From an uncultured Phycisphaerales bacterium (GTDB lineage Bacteria; Planctomycetota; Phycisphaerae; Tepidisphaerales; Tepidisphaeraceae): DNA of 64,000 bases. Under the pieces are notes generated by a model. The model did no database searches. It worked only from the letters and a program-made list of their open reading frames with translations, and was not told the origin of the DNA. The stretch is taken from the NCBI GenBank assembly GCA_963755915.1, contig CAVWLP010000003.1:1152001-1216000 (forward strand). Reading direction: 5' to 3'. Below, piece after piece: positions 1 through 9,469 of the stretch; the first letter of the stretch is position 1; each line of letters begins with the position of its first letter. The position numbers and the translations under genes were made by a program.

Positions 1-458
1 GCCCGCCATGTATCCAGCAGCGTCACTCCCTTGTCGTAAATCACATTGCCGTTTCCATCCCGCGGATCCTGCTCGTCACCGGGCTGGAAAGCGAATGGGG
101 TGTGGATGAGATACAGATCGACGAAGTCGAGTTGGAGTCTCTTGAGACTGGCCTCGAAGGCCGGTTTGACGCGCTGCGGACGATGATTGGTATTCCAAAG
201 CTTGGTGATGACAAAAATGTCCTCCCGCATGATCTTCCCCTCCTTGAGCACGTCTTGAATCGCTTCGCCGACCTCTTTTTCAGTTCGGTAACGTTCGGCG
301 GTGTCGAGCACGCGAAAGCCTGCTTCCAAGGCCGCCGTGGTCGCTATTCTGGTTGCCACGGGGTCGGGAATCAGCGTGCCGAAACCGAGCGCTGGCATGG
401 CACCGGAGCCGTTGTTGAGGGGTATTTTTGTATAGCGAAGGTTGTCGGGCTCTGGCAT
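1..458 (-). CDS. Aldo/keto reductase (runs off the left edge; not in the ORF track)
   Basis: Manual minus-strand translation from ATG at 458: MPEPDNLRYTKIPLNNGSGAMPALGFGT...GFRVLDTAERY..EKEVGEA...FVITKLWNTNHRP...SLKRLQLDFVDLYLIH, which are AKR motifs. Confidence 0.9.
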   Translation of the reverse strand, partial: MPEPDNLRYTKIPLNNGSGAMPALGFGTLIPDPVATRIATTAALEAGFRVLDTAERYRTEKEVGEAIQDVLKEGKIMREDIFVITKLWNTNHRPQRVKPAFEASLKRLQLDFVDLYLIHTPFAFQPGDEQDPRDGNGNVIYDKGVTLLDTWR

Positions 459-491
459 TGTTTTACTCCGTCGAAATTTCTCGGGTGGACA

Positions 492-1142
492 TTAGCCCGC
501 GATTGTCGCGGATCGACCCTTGATGCCAATTATCGCGTCATGCGACCCTTTTTTCCCGCTTTGGCGGCGCCCGTGCTGTGCAATGGCCCAGAGGCGGAGT
601 TCTCTGAAAAGTTTAGCAAGGGCGGCTGGCAGGTAGTGTGCGTTCAGGCCACTGGGGTTGGGGAGAACCCAGGCGTAGCTGCCGCCGAAGAGGTGATTTT
701 GAAGTCCGACGCGGGCATCTTTGATGCCCGAGACGACGCGGTAGGGATGGATGCCGACGAAGGCAACAACCGTCGGGCGCCAGCGTTTGACTTTGGCCTG
801 GAGGCGCCGGCCACCGACGCGAAGTTCGTCGTCGGTGAGTTCATCGGCACGTGCGGTGGCGCGTGCGACGATATTGGTGATGCCGAATCCGAGGTCGAGA
901 AGAAGAGGTCCCTCAAAGGGAGAAAAGAGTCGCGGGGTGAAGCCACCGGCGTGGAGGGCGGGCCAGAACCGGTTGCCGGGACGGCCGAAATGGCGGCCGA
1001 TGGCGGCGGTGTAGAGGCCTGGGTTAATGCCGGCAAAGAGGACGACGAGATTTTTGGCGACGAGATCGGGAATGACCTTGTTGCGCGCGGCGAGAAGCTG
1101 GGCTTTGGTGGGTTTCCAGGGAGCGATCAATGTCCGATGCAT
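492..1142 (-). CDS. mug: G/U mismatch-specific uracil-DNA glycosylase
   Basis: GINPG, HFGRPGNRFW and LPNPSGLN motifs; start chosen at ATG 1142 (ORF is open to 1175). Confidence 0.9.
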   Translation of the reverse strand: MHRTLIAPWKPTKAQLLAARNKVIPDLVAKNLVVLFAGINPGLYTAAIGRHFGRPGNRFWPALHAGGFTPRLFSPFEGPLLLDLGFGITNIVARATARADELTDDELRVGGRRLQAKVKRWRPTVVAFVGIHPYRVVSGIKDARVGLQNHLFGGSYAWVLPNPSGLNAHYLPAALAKLFRELRLWAIAQHGRRQSGKKGSHDAIIGIKGRSATIAG

Positions 1143-1320
1143 AGGGCGGCGTCCTCGAAGAGAATTCTGCGGCAACGAGAAGACTGTAGCGAGGCAATTT
1201 GAGGAATAGAATCCGATTTACCCCTTTCGGCAAAATTGTCCAGGCTCTATCCGACAGCCAGCGAACTCCCTCGGGAAAAGATGGTCGCGGTAGTTTAGAG
1301 ATTTGCAAAAGACCAATCTA

Positions 1321-1388
1321 TTGGACGAAAGTATTGGCGATACCAAGAGATAAATTAGCGGCCCAACCCAATACCAAAGTATCATGGA
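1321..1388 (+). promoter_or_regulatory. Putative response-regulator operator region (ATAC-N4-GTA / TTGGAC-N4-GTAT boxes)
   Basis: CCAATACCAAAGTA at 1368-1381 is identical to 6583-6596; TTGGACGAAAGTAT at 1321 resembles 12038-12051. Confidence 0.5.
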
Positions 1389-1449
1389 GGATTCGCTGCG
1401 CCCCGCGTAAGTTCGCCCTACGCCTGGCCGCAGCCGGAAGGATCAGGCC

Positions 1450-2097
1450 ATGAAGACCACTCCCCCCATTCCATTTGCCGGTTCACAGCTTGGCGAAGTA
1501 CGCCATGTATGTGCTTTCTTTAACAGTGCGGATGAGCAATATCGTGTCCTGCTTCCGTTTATTAAGGACGGGTTTACCTGTGGACACAAAGCAATCCACG
1601 TCGTCAACCCGGGAAGGCATGAGGATCACCTTCAACGATTGACTGCTTCAGGTATCGACACCAACGCCACTCAGCGGAGCGGACAATTGGAGCTTCGTAC
1701 AAATGTAGATGCTTACCTGCGAGAAGGCCGGTTCGATCAGGACCGAATGCTCGAAGTCTTTGAGCAAGTAGCCAGCCGCAACGGCGAGCGGGGATTCCCC
1801 CTGAGCCGAATTGTCTGCCAGATGGACTGGGCCGCTGATAACCGCTCGCACATCGACAACCTCGTCGAATTCGAATCGCGGGTGAATAACGTATGGAGCC
1901 GCCACGAAGATGCGGTCATTTGCGTTTACGACCTCGCGAAGTTCTCCGGCGATACTGTCATCGATATCATGCGAACGCATCCGATGGTCATCATCGGCGG
2001 CATGCTTCAGTCGAATCCGTTCTACCTGCCTCCCGAAGAATTTCTCCGCGAGATCCGTGAACGGAAATCCTCCGGCTCCGGCTCGGCCACGGCGTAA
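1450..2097 (+). CDS. MEDS (DcmR-like) sensory domain protein
   Basis: HVCAFF...LLPFIKDG...RIVCQMDWA...EFESRVN...ICVYDL..F....IDIMRTHP pattern. Confidence 0.85.
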   Translation: MKTTPPIPFAGSQLGEVRHVCAFFNSADEQYRVLLPFIKDGFTCGHKAIHVVNPGRHEDHLQRLTASGIDTNATQRSGQLELRTNVDAYLREGRFDQDRMLEVFEQVASRNGERGFPLSRIVCQMDWAADNRSHIDNLVEFESRVNNVWSRHEDAVICVYDLAKFSGDTVIDIMRTHPMVIIGGMLQSNPFYLPPEEFLREIRERKSSGSGSATA

Positions 2098-2105
2098 AGA
2101 CAAAG

Positions 2106-4598
2106 ATGGACGAGCAGGATAAAAATCCTGGCGAAGAAGTGAAACGCCTGCAGCGCTGCATCAATGACCTGGTCAGCCTGTTGGCCCTTCCCGCGCTTTG
2201 GAGCGGCGGCGACGCATCGCACATCGCTCGCACCCTGATGGCCGTCCTGCAACGCCTCCTCGAACTGGATGTGATTTACGTTTACATCAACGACCCCTCG
2301 AGCGGCGCCGGAGTCGAACTGGCACGCGTCGATCAATCTCCCGCGACGCCGTCACAAGCGCGGGAGATCGGCGCCGAGCTTCATGGCCTGTTGGGCGATG
2401 ATCCGCAGAAATGGCCGTCGCGCATTGAGCGTTCCTTCAGGGACAAAAATATTTCCATCGTGCCAATGCGGCTGGGATTGCAAGGTGAAATCGGCACGAT
2501 CATCGCCGGAACCGAGCGATTAGATTTCCCCAAACAGACTGAAGCGCTTCTTTTGAGGGTCGCGGCGAATCAGGCATTTATGGCGCTGCACCAAGCGCGG
2601 CAGCACAGCGAACAGGCGCGGCTCGCCCACGAACTCGATCACCGGGTCGCCCAGCGAACCGCCGAACTCGCCGCCGCCAACGAACAATTGAAGCTGCAGC
2701 TCGGCCTGCTGGAACTTATCCCCGTGGCGGCGTGGACCATCCGGCCCGATGGAAGGCCCGATTTCATCAACCAGAATTGGGTGGAATATACCGGCCAGTC
2801 TCGCGATTACGTCCTCTCACAACCAGAGGCATGGTTGGCCGCGGTTCATCCTGATGATCGCGAAGTAGCTTCCGCCAGCTATTGGAAGGGGATCCGTACC
2901 GGCAGCGATTTTGCAATGGAAACCCGATTTCGCAGAGCGCACGACGGAGCCTATCGCTGGCATCTCAATCGAGCGATCGCGCTGCGCGATTCAGACGGCA
3001 AGGTCATCAAGTTTGTCGGCACTTCCACCGACATCGAAGATCTCAAACAATCCCAGCAGCAGCTTCGCCACACCGAGGAACGAACCCGAGCAATTATCGA
3101 CACCGCCCTCGATGCGGTCGTCACCATGAATTCTTCTGGAAAAGTCACCAGTTGGAACAAGCAGGCTGAAGTCATATTCGGCTGGACCAGCGACGAAGCC
3201 ATTGGCCTTCGCATGTCGGAATTGATAATTCCGCAATCACTACGGCTGGCGCACGAGCGCGGTATACGCCATTTCCTGGCCACCGGAGAAGGTCCGGTGT
3301 TGCGCCGCCGCATCGAAATCACAGCAATCCGGCGCGGCGGCGTTGAGTTTCCGGTTGAACTGGAAGTCATTCCCATGGAGTTTGCTGGCGACTGGATCTT
3401 CAGCGCCTTCATTCGAGACATCACCGAATCCAAACGCGCCCAGGAAAAGCTCCGCGAAAGCGAGTTTAACCTCCGGCAGATGACGGAAACCATCCCCGAG
3501 ATGCTCTGGAGCGCCACCCCCGACGGCGCAATCGACTACTGCAACACCCGCATGCTCGACTACACCGGTTTTTCCGCCCGCGAGGTCATGGGCAGCGGCT
3601 GGACCAAACTGATTCACCCCGACGACGCTGAATCGGCCGCCCGCACCTGGATCTCCTGCGTGACCAGCGGCGAGGCCTACCGCGTTGAAGTCCGCACCAT
3701 TCATGCCCTCGATCGCACCTATCGATGGTGCGTGATGAACGCACGCCCACTTCTCGACCAGGATGGGCGAATCTTGAAATGGCACGGCACCGTCGTGGAC
3801 ATGCACGATTGGAAACATGCTCAGGAAGCGCTGCGCAATACCCAGGCAGAACTGGCCAATATGGCCCGCGTCATGACCGTGGGCCAGCTCACCGCTTCGA
3901 TCGCGCATGAAGTGAATCAGCCGCTTTCCGGCATCATCACCAACGCCGGCACCTGCCTGCGAATGCTCGATGCCAATCCTCCCAACATCGATGGCGCCCG
4001 CGAAACCGCCCGCCGCACCATTCGCGACGGCAATCGCGCTTCGGAAGTCATCACCCGCTTGCGGGCTCTGTTCACCCGGCGGCAAGCCACCACCGAACCG
4101 GTCGACCTCAACGAAGCGGCCCGGGAGGTCATCGCCCTCCTGTTAAGCAAGCTTCAGAAAGATAATGTCAGTCTGCGATCCGAACTTGCGGACGATCTCC
4201 CCCTCGTCACCGGCGACCGCGTCCAGCTCCAGCAGGTAATCATGAATCTCCTGCAAAACGCTTCCGACGCAATGAACAACGTACGCGATCGATCGCGACA
4301 ATTGCTGATCCAAACCCAGCACCATGATGCAGATCATGTCAGCCTCACCGTTCGGGACAGCGGAATCGGCCTCGATCCACAGACCGTCAACAGGCTTTTC
4401 GACCCGTTTTATACGAGCAAGAACAATGGCATGGGAATCGGCCTCTCCGTCAGCCGATCCATTATCGAAAGCCATGGCGGACGAATTTGGGCAAAGCCCA
4501 ACGATGGTCCAGGCGCCACGTTCTCATTTTCCATTCCGCGCAGTCCCGCCGGCGCAGTCGGCGAGCGTTTAAACGCTCAAGACGTGAGCTCCTTATAG
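2106..4598 (+). CDS. Multi-PAS sensor histidine kinase (NodV/FixL-like)
   Basis: Three PAS/PAC repeats; H-box IAHEVNQPL; N-box QVIMNLLQNA; G boxes DSGIG, GMGIGL. Confidence 0.95.
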   Translation: MDEQDKNPGEEVKRLQRCINDLVSLLALPALWSGGDASHIARTLMAVLQRLLELDVIYVYINDPSSGAGVELARVDQSPATPSQAREIGAELHGLLGDDPQKWPSRIERSFRDKNISIVPMRLGLQGEIGTIIAGTERLDFPKQTEALLLRVAANQAFMALHQARQHSEQARLAHELDHRVAQRTAELAAANEQLKLQLGLLELIPVAAWTIRPDGRPDFINQNWVEYTGQSRDYVLSQPEAWLAAVHPDDREVASASYWKGIRTGSDFAMETRFRRAHDGAYRWHLNRAIALRDSDGKVIKFVGTSTDIEDLKQSQQQLRHTEERTRAIIDTALDAVVTMNSSGKVTSWNKQAEVIFGWTSDEAIGLRMSELIIPQSLRLAHERGIRHFLATGEGPVLRRRIEITAIRRGGVEFPVELEVIPMEFAGDWIFSAFIRDITESKRAQEKLRESEFNLRQMTETIPEMLWSATPDGAIDYCNTRMLDYTGFSAREVMGSGWTKLIHPDDAESAARTWISCVTSGEAYRVEVRTIHALDRTYRWCVMNARPLLDQDGRILKWHGTVVDMHDWKHAQEALRNTQAELANMARVMTVGQLTASIAHEVNQPLSGIITNAGTCLRMLDANPPNIDGARETARRTIRDGNRASEVITRLRALFTRRQATTEPVDLNEAAREVIALLLSKLQKDNVSLRSELADDLPLVTGDRVQLQQVIMNLLQNASDAMNNVRDRSRQLLIQTQHHDADHVSLTVRDSGIGLDPQTVNRLFDPFYTSKNNGMGIGLSVSRSIIESHGGRIWAKPNDGPGATFSFSIPRSPAGAVGERLNAQDVSSL

Positions 4599-4832
4599 AG
4601 AATTGCCGTCGGAGAATTGGGCCGGCCTCTATCACCCCTCCCCTGGTACTCCTGACCGCCCGACACTTTTTTAAGTTGGGAGACGAATTCAGCGATCGCG
4701 TATCCCCACCCCACACATGTATCCGGCGCGCTCATCGCCAGCGAAACGCCGCCGCATATTGCCTTTTAGGGCTGGACGGTTAGATGGCATGTTGGTTGTC
4801 GGGCTAGCCACCGTCGACTAAACCCGACAACC

Positions 4833-5972
4833 ATGAAACACAATTCTTCTAAAGGTAGCCGCAAGGCCTCCCAAGTTCGAGGGGAGAGAGTCTCGAAGCC
4901 CAATCAGTCGCACGAGGTGATCAAACTCGGCGTGGATACCCACAGCCAGCAATATACCTTCGCACGGATGGTCGATCATCAGGGGATTCAACCGGCCCAA
5001 AAACTCTCGCCGGCCGTCTTCATCGAGTTTCTCAAAAAGCAGCTGACGCTGGCCAAACGCGTGGTGATGGTCTACGAAGCCGGTCCCTACGGCTTCGCGT
5101 TGCACCGCGAAGCCACCGCCCTGGGCGTAGAGTGCCTGGTCTGTGCCCCCGAACGTCTGTCCCGCGGCCGCAAGAGAGTCAACGACAAGATCGACGCCAC
5201 CGAACTGCTCTCGCGTCTGGACCGGCATCTCGCCGGCAACACGACGGCGCTGCGTCTGGTGCGTGTCCCCACGGTGGCCCAGGAGATCCACCGCCGCCTG
5301 GGGCGCGAGCGCAACACCTACCGAAAGGAACGGCAGCGCTGGATCGCCCGTGGACGAAGCCTGCTGCACAGCCTCGGCATCCATCGCCCGGGAAAATGGT
5401 GGGAGCCGCTGGCGTGTGAGCCGCTGCTGAAAAAGCTGGAAGAACTCTACGGCTCAGAACTGATCGAACCGATCCGCAAGGAGCTTGCCCGCGACCTGGA
5501 GATGGTAGAGATGATGGACCAGAAGCGAGATGAACTGACCCGCCAGCTCTGCGCGGAGGCCAAGTCCCGCGAATCGGCCCGGATCAAGGGAATCGGACAC
5601 CTCAGCTATGAGCTGCTGGATCGTGAGATCGTCGACTGGAATCGCTTCCAGAACCGCCGGCAGATCGCCAGCTACACCGGGCTTTGCCCTGGAGAATCCT
5701 CCTCAGGCCAGAGCCGGATGAATCTGTCGATCGACAAACATGGCAACCGCCGACTGCGCACGGTGCTGGTGGAACTGGCGTGGCTGCTGCCCAAGTTCCA
5801 GCCGGAGTATTTTCGTCTGAAGCGCTGGAAGCAGGTCTTCGAGAACCCCGGAGCCAGAGCCATGCGCAAGAAAGCCGCGGTGGCCTTGGCGCGGCAACTG
5901 GCGGTGGACCTGTGGCGGATCAAAACCGGCCGGGTCAAAGCGCAGGATCTGGGCTTGAAACTGGCAGCGTAA
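4833..5972 (+). CDS. IS110-family DEDD recombinase/transposase
   Basis: GVDTHS, YEAGPYGF and NDKIDA (DEDD); C-terminal SYTGLCPGESSSG...IDKHGNRRLR. Confidence 0.95.
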   Translation: MKHNSSKGSRKASQVRGERVSKPNQSHEVIKLGVDTHSQQYTFARMVDHQGIQPAQKLSPAVFIEFLKKQLTLAKRVVMVYEAGPYGFALHREATALGVECLVCAPERLSRGRKRVNDKIDATELLSRLDRHLAGNTTALRLVRVPTVAQEIHRRLGRERNTYRKERQRWIARGRSLLHSLGIHRPGKWWEPLACEPLLKKLEELYGSELIEPIRKELARDLEMVEMMDQKRDELTRQLCAEAKSRESARIKGIGHLSYELLDREIVDWNRFQNRRQIASYTGLCPGESSSGQSRMNLSIDKHGNRRLRTVLVELAWLLPKFQPEYFRLKRWKQVFENPGARAMRKKAAVALARQLAVDLWRIKTGRVKAQDLGLKLAA

Positions 5973-6300
5973 AAAGCCGGCCAAGGTTGTCCCCGAACTT
6001 CTGGAGCCTGGATGGACGACGGATAAAGAGCTTGGAATAAAAGTGAAAGAGACGAGCCACGGTGTAACGCGCCCGTTTTCCCCTATGAGCGCCCTTGAGC
6101 GTTCGGCGGTTAGATTGGGTCAGCGTGAACCGCCTGCAACGGACGTATTAGACCATGGTGTACTGGCAAACCGCCAGGTACGGATAGCAGGAAGAGCGTT
6201 GCCGCAATGATGGCAACAGCCCATGCAGAGCGGACACTGACAGGCCGAGCAACAGCTTAAAAAGACAAAAGAATAAAGGCGGCGAATGCGGCCCACACTT
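5973..6300 (+). ncRNA. Putative bridge/seek RNA of the IS1111-type element (boundaries approximate)
   Basis: Contains TTCCCCTA (6078-85) and CGGTTAG (6107-13), matching both strands of the reconstructed target, and ATAGCAG (6184-90), matching the circle junction; hairpins lie between the guide halves. Confidence 0.7.
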
Positions 6301-6498
6301 GACAACCAACATAGCAGGGGAAGGGAAAGAGGGTGGAGGGGGTGCGGGGGAGGCGGGAGAAAAACCTTGGGGCCTTATGGGTTGTCTCCCGCCTCCCCTG
6401 CATTGCTTTTGCATTTGTCTTCAAAAGAGCCGGCCGCTTACTCCTCGAACTCAAAAAATGTGTCGGGCGGTCAGGTACTCCGGGGGAGGGTTGGGGGC

Positions 6499-6531
6499 TC
6501 TACTGCTCCACTTTCTACTGCTCCACTTTCT
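6499..6531. repeat. 15-bp tandem duplication
   Basis: TCTACTGCTCCACTT x2 plus TCT. Confidence 0.9.
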
Positions 6532-6554
6532 CGCGTAGCGCTGGGCATTGGCGC

Positions 6555-6604
6555 GACCAAAGTAATCACTTGGCGGCTCGAACCAATACCAAAGTACTAT
6601 GGAG
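6555..6604 (+). promoter_or_regulatory. Second copy of the putative operator region, upstream of the response regulators
   Basis: GACCAAAGTA...CCAATACCAAAGTACTATGGAG aligns over ~40 bp with 1351-1396. Confidence 0.5.
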
Positions 6605-6740
6605 CTTCGCGAAAGTGTCGCATATGCTGCTTGAAATGGGTGTACTGCATAACCACCGTGTCCAGCACAACGGATTTTTTCTCGCAGTCCCGGCACTAAG
6701 ACTTGTCTCGCCAAAACAGCGGAGATCGTGAGGAATCGCA

Positions 6741-7127
6741 ATGGATAAGCGAGCACTGGTTTCCGTTGTGGATGACGATGAATCCGTTCGCGAGTCGCTC
6801 CCCGACCTGCTCGGAGAACTCGGCTTTGCCGTGAAGGCGTTTAATTCCGGCGAAGCGTTTCTCGCTTCTGAATCCTTGCAGCAGACCGAATGCCTCATCC
6901 TCGACATCGCCATGCCGGGGATGAGTGGCTTTGATGTGCAGCGGGAATTGAAAGCCCGCCGCCAGCAGATCCCAATCGTATTTATCACCGCCCACAAGGA
7001 TGCAACCGCCCGGCCGGAGGTGCTCGCAGACCACGCCGTCGCCTGCCTCTTGAAACCGTTCAGCGACACCGCCCTGCTCCAGGCGATTCGAACCGCCTTG
7101 GGATCGCCCAAAATAAATGGCACGTAA
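6741..7127 (+). CDS. Single-domain response regulator (receiver)
   Basis: VVDDDESVR, ILDIAMPGMSG, FITAH, LLKPF. Confidence 0.92.
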   Translation: MDKRALVSVVDDDESVRESLPDLLGELGFAVKAFNSGEAFLASESLQQTECLILDIAMPGMSGFDVQRELKARRQQIPIVFITAHKDATARPEVLADHAVACLLKPFSDTALLQAIRTALGSPKINGT

Positions 7128-7173
7128 ATTAAACCGCGCGTAAACTAAACGGCACGAAAATTGAGGTGAGTCC

Positions 7174-7809
7174 ATGTCAGATAACATGCCGATCGTATTT
7201 GTCGTTGACGATGATATCTCGGTGCGCGAATCGCTGGAATCGCTCATCCGCTGCGAAGGCTGGCAGCCGCAAACCTTCCTCTCCGCGGATGAATTCCTCG
7301 CCCACCCTCGCGCCGCGACGGCTAGCTGCCTCGTGCTCGACGTGACCCTGCCGGGCCTGAACGGCCTCGATTTACAGCAGCGCATCGCCGCCGACCGAAG
7401 CGATATGCCCATCATCTTTATCTCCGGTTTTGGCGATGTCCCCAAAACGGTCAGAGCCATGAAGGCTGGAGCGATTGAATTCCTCACCAAGCCGTTCAAC
7501 AACGACGTCCTGCTCAGCGCCATCCGTCAGGCAATCAAGCGCAGCCAATCAACGATCGTCGCTCAAAATGAGCTGCGACAGCTCCAGGATCGCCATGCAT
7601 CGCTGACCACCCGCGAGCGCGAGGTCATGCACCTGGTCGTCTCCGGCCTGCTCAACAAACAGGTTGGCGCCGAACTCGGCATCAGCGAAATCACCGTGAA
7701 GGCCCACCGCGGCAAAGTCATGGAAAAAATGCAGGCCGAATCCCTCGCCGATCTGGTAAAAATGGCCGAAAAACTCCGCACCGCGACGGCGCCCAGGTCG
7801 ACCCAATAA
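7174..7809 (+). CDS. FixJ/NodW-family DNA-binding response regulator (receiver + LuxR HTH)
   Basis: Receiver motifs plus [36 protein letters not shown]. Confidence 0.95.
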   Translation: MSDNMPIVFVVDDDISVRESLESLIRCEGWQPQTFLSADEFLAHPRAATASCLVLDVTLPGLNGLDLQQRIAADRSDMPIIFISGFGDVPKTVRAMKAGAIEFLTKPFNNDVLLSAIRQAIKRSQSTIVAQNELRQLQDRHASLTTREREVMHLVVSGLLNKQVGAELGISEITVKAHRGKVMEKMQAESLADLVKMAEKLRTATAPRSTQ

Positions 7810-7866
7810 CTCGCCGCACGCCGACAGACCTTGTCGCTCTTGAGTTTGCGGTTGGGCGGGCCAATC

Positions 7867-7916
7867 CCTGCTGAAATTTCGCCGGTCGCCCCCCGTGTTT
7901 TGGCTTTGACCCCTTT
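7867..7916 (-). repeat. ~50-bp dispersed repeat, inverted partner of 21501-21549
   Basis: Reverse complement AAAGGGGTCAAAGCCAAAACACGGGGGGCGACCGGCGAAATTTCAGCAGG vs GAAGGGGTCAAAACCAAAACGCGAGGGGCGACCGGCGAAA-TTCAGCAAG. Confidence 0.75.
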
Positions 7917-8031
7917 AATGGCACATGCTTTCCATCGCCGCAAAGCTGCGACGACAACTCGGCAAGGACATCGGCGGCATCGTGACGGTACGTCTGTTAC
8001 GGCGCGTATGAAAAATGGGGGGGCAATGAGG

Positions 8032-8595
8032 CTAAGGGTGAAATGCTCTGCCTTGCTCCATCATCGCGAGAATCGTCTTCATCCTTTTCTCGCGCGATTC
8101 CGGTTTTTTTGCGGTATGAAGGCGATAAACAATCGAATAAACATTTGCTTTGTTCAGGGTTTCAAAAAAAGCCTTCGCTTTTTTGTTTTTAGCCAACTCC
8201 TTCAGAAAATCCTCAGGTGGACTAGCGTTCTTGGGCGAAGCGTAGGCGGCTTCCCATCGGCCATCAACCTTTGCCGCCTCAACTGCCTTCAGTCCAGCCG
8301 GGGTCATTGCCCCGGCTTTGGTCAGACGTTCGACATGCTGGGTATTTAGCTTTGACCATCCACTCTTAGAACGCCTTGGTGTGAATTTCTGAAGCCAAGA
8401 CAGTTCGTCGAAGGGCTTTTTCTGGCCGTCAATCCAACCATAGCAAAGTGCTTGGTCTAGCGCTTCAGCATAAGTCAGGGATTTTTCCTCCGCATCTTTT
8501 TTAGAAATGCGCAGCCAAAGCCCTTCAGATTTAACATGGTTTTTCACCAGCCAGCGCCGGAAATCCACAGATGTTTTGAAATGCAAGATTTGCAT
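8032..8595 (-). CDS. YdeI/OmpD-associated family protein
   Basis: FRRWL..NH, YAEALDQALCYGWIDG, FTPRR..S.WS..N, AKKPESREKR; start at MQILHF. Confidence 0.88.
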   Translation of the reverse strand: MQILHFKTSVDFRRWLVKNHVKSEGLWLRISKKDAEEKSLTYAEALDQALCYGWIDGQKKPFDELSWLQKFTPRRSKSGWSKLNTQHVERLTKAGAMTPAGLKAVEAAKVDGRWEAAYASPKNASPPEDFLKELAKNKKAKAFFETLNKANVYSIVYRLHTAKKPESREKRMKTILAMMEQGRAFHP

Positions 8596-8744
8596 GGATT
8601 CGCCTTCGGTGTAATTCCAGCTTATTCGTGAGCCGGTCGGCATAATCCAGTCTATGCGGATCGTTTGGCATTCGATCAGATTACTTTTTCTTCCGGATCC
8701 TGCGCGGGGGTGACGGGGGCGTGCGGAGAACTAAAGATTAAACC

Positions 8745-9203
8745 ACACGACTCCCGGCGGCCGCAACATTATATGAGGGATTTGGACGTGTGGTATAATC
8801 TGACTGTGGGATCGAAGCCCAAGAAATCCGCCAAGAAAAGGGCCACGGCCAGCCCAAAGGCCGAAGTCCTGAAGCTGGAAGGCGAGTGAAAAAGAGAACA
8901 TCCGGAAGTCGTTTCAGAATGCCAAGCCGAAGGAGTAGCCGTGGAGCACCCGGTACTGGATTACGAGCCTAAGTCGATCAATGAAAAAATCCCGCTGTGG
9001 CGATGGGGATTCATTTCGATTCTGTTTGGGTTCCTAGCGGGTTTCGCTGGCTCCGATGGCAACGACCAGTGGATGATTGCCTTATTCTTCGTCGCGTTCG
9101 CGCTTTCGCTTGTCGGAGTCGGGCTGATTTTGGTGAGCATTTTTTGGGCTATTTTCACCGGCCGCGAAGCAACAATGTGACGTTGCGGCAAGTATACACT
9201 TCC
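8745..9203 (+). mobile_element. Possible decayed IS1595-family right end with passenger ORFs
   Basis: QHYMRDLDVWYN resembles the IS1595 transposase C-terminal QRYLDEFxFRYN; CAAGTATACACTTCC at 9189-9203 resembles an IS1595-type terminus (recalled, not searched). Confidence 0.35.
8941..9180 (+). CDS. Small two-helix membrane protein, hypothetical
   Basis: AAGGAG RBS, GTG start, VLDY motif, two hydrophobic segments. Confidence 0.6.
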   Translation: MEHPVLDYEPKSINEKIPLWRWGFISILFGFLAGFAGSDGNDQWMIALFFVAFALSLVGVGLILVSIFWAIFTGREATM

Positions 9204-9218
9204 GAAAAGCAATGAGAT

Positions 9219-9443
9219 ATGTTTGGGAAGATAATCAGCCTCGGCGTTCTTTGGTTCCTCTGGATTGGAACTTGGTGGGCGGTAGCCTATCAATATAAGA
9301 CGGGCACCGCAGTAGGCGCACTTCGATTTCAGCGCGCAGGACACCCAAGGCTATTTTGGATCTACATCTCCATTCAGATAGCCGTTTTGGGTGGACTGGC
9401 GTTCTTTTGTGTCCTTTGGACTATCGGAGTGACCCACAAATGA
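9219..9443 (+). CDS. Small membrane protein, hypothetical
   Basis: 74 aa with two hydrophobic segments. Confidence 0.55.
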   Translation: MFGKIISLGVLWFLWIGTWWAVAYQYKTGTAVGALRFQRAGHPRLFWIYISIQIAVLGGLAFFCVLWTIGVTHK

Positions 9444-9469
9444 GACGGTGCGCTGACCCCACGGGCTAT

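Larger units (their letters stand above)
4782..6315 (+). mobile_element. IS110-family, IS1111-type insertion sequence
   Basis: Perfect 12-bp sub-terminal IRs ATGTTGGTTGTC (4789-4800) / GACAACCAACAT (6301-6312), 7 and 3 nt from the ends; AG core at 4782-83 / 6316-17; outward-facing TTGACA at 6299-6304; long 3' non-coding region. Confidence 0.85.
4652..6474. mobile_element. Non-autonomous TIR element (MITE, 289 bp once the inner IS is removed) inserted in a REP palindrome
   Basis: Terminal IR CTGACCGCCCGACAC (4652-4666 / 6460-6474), extending imperfectly to ~26 bp; 6-bp direct repeat GTACTC at 4646-4651 and 6475-6480. Confidence 0.8.

Noticed and set aside
102-1202. 366-aa plus-strand ORF
   Set aside because: Antisense shadow of mug and the aldo/keto reductase; no motifs of its own
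4781-6314. TAG as the IS core or target duplication
   Set aside because: The AG core at 4782/6316 gives the usual 7+3 nt spacing, a 17-nt junction promoter and longer guide matches
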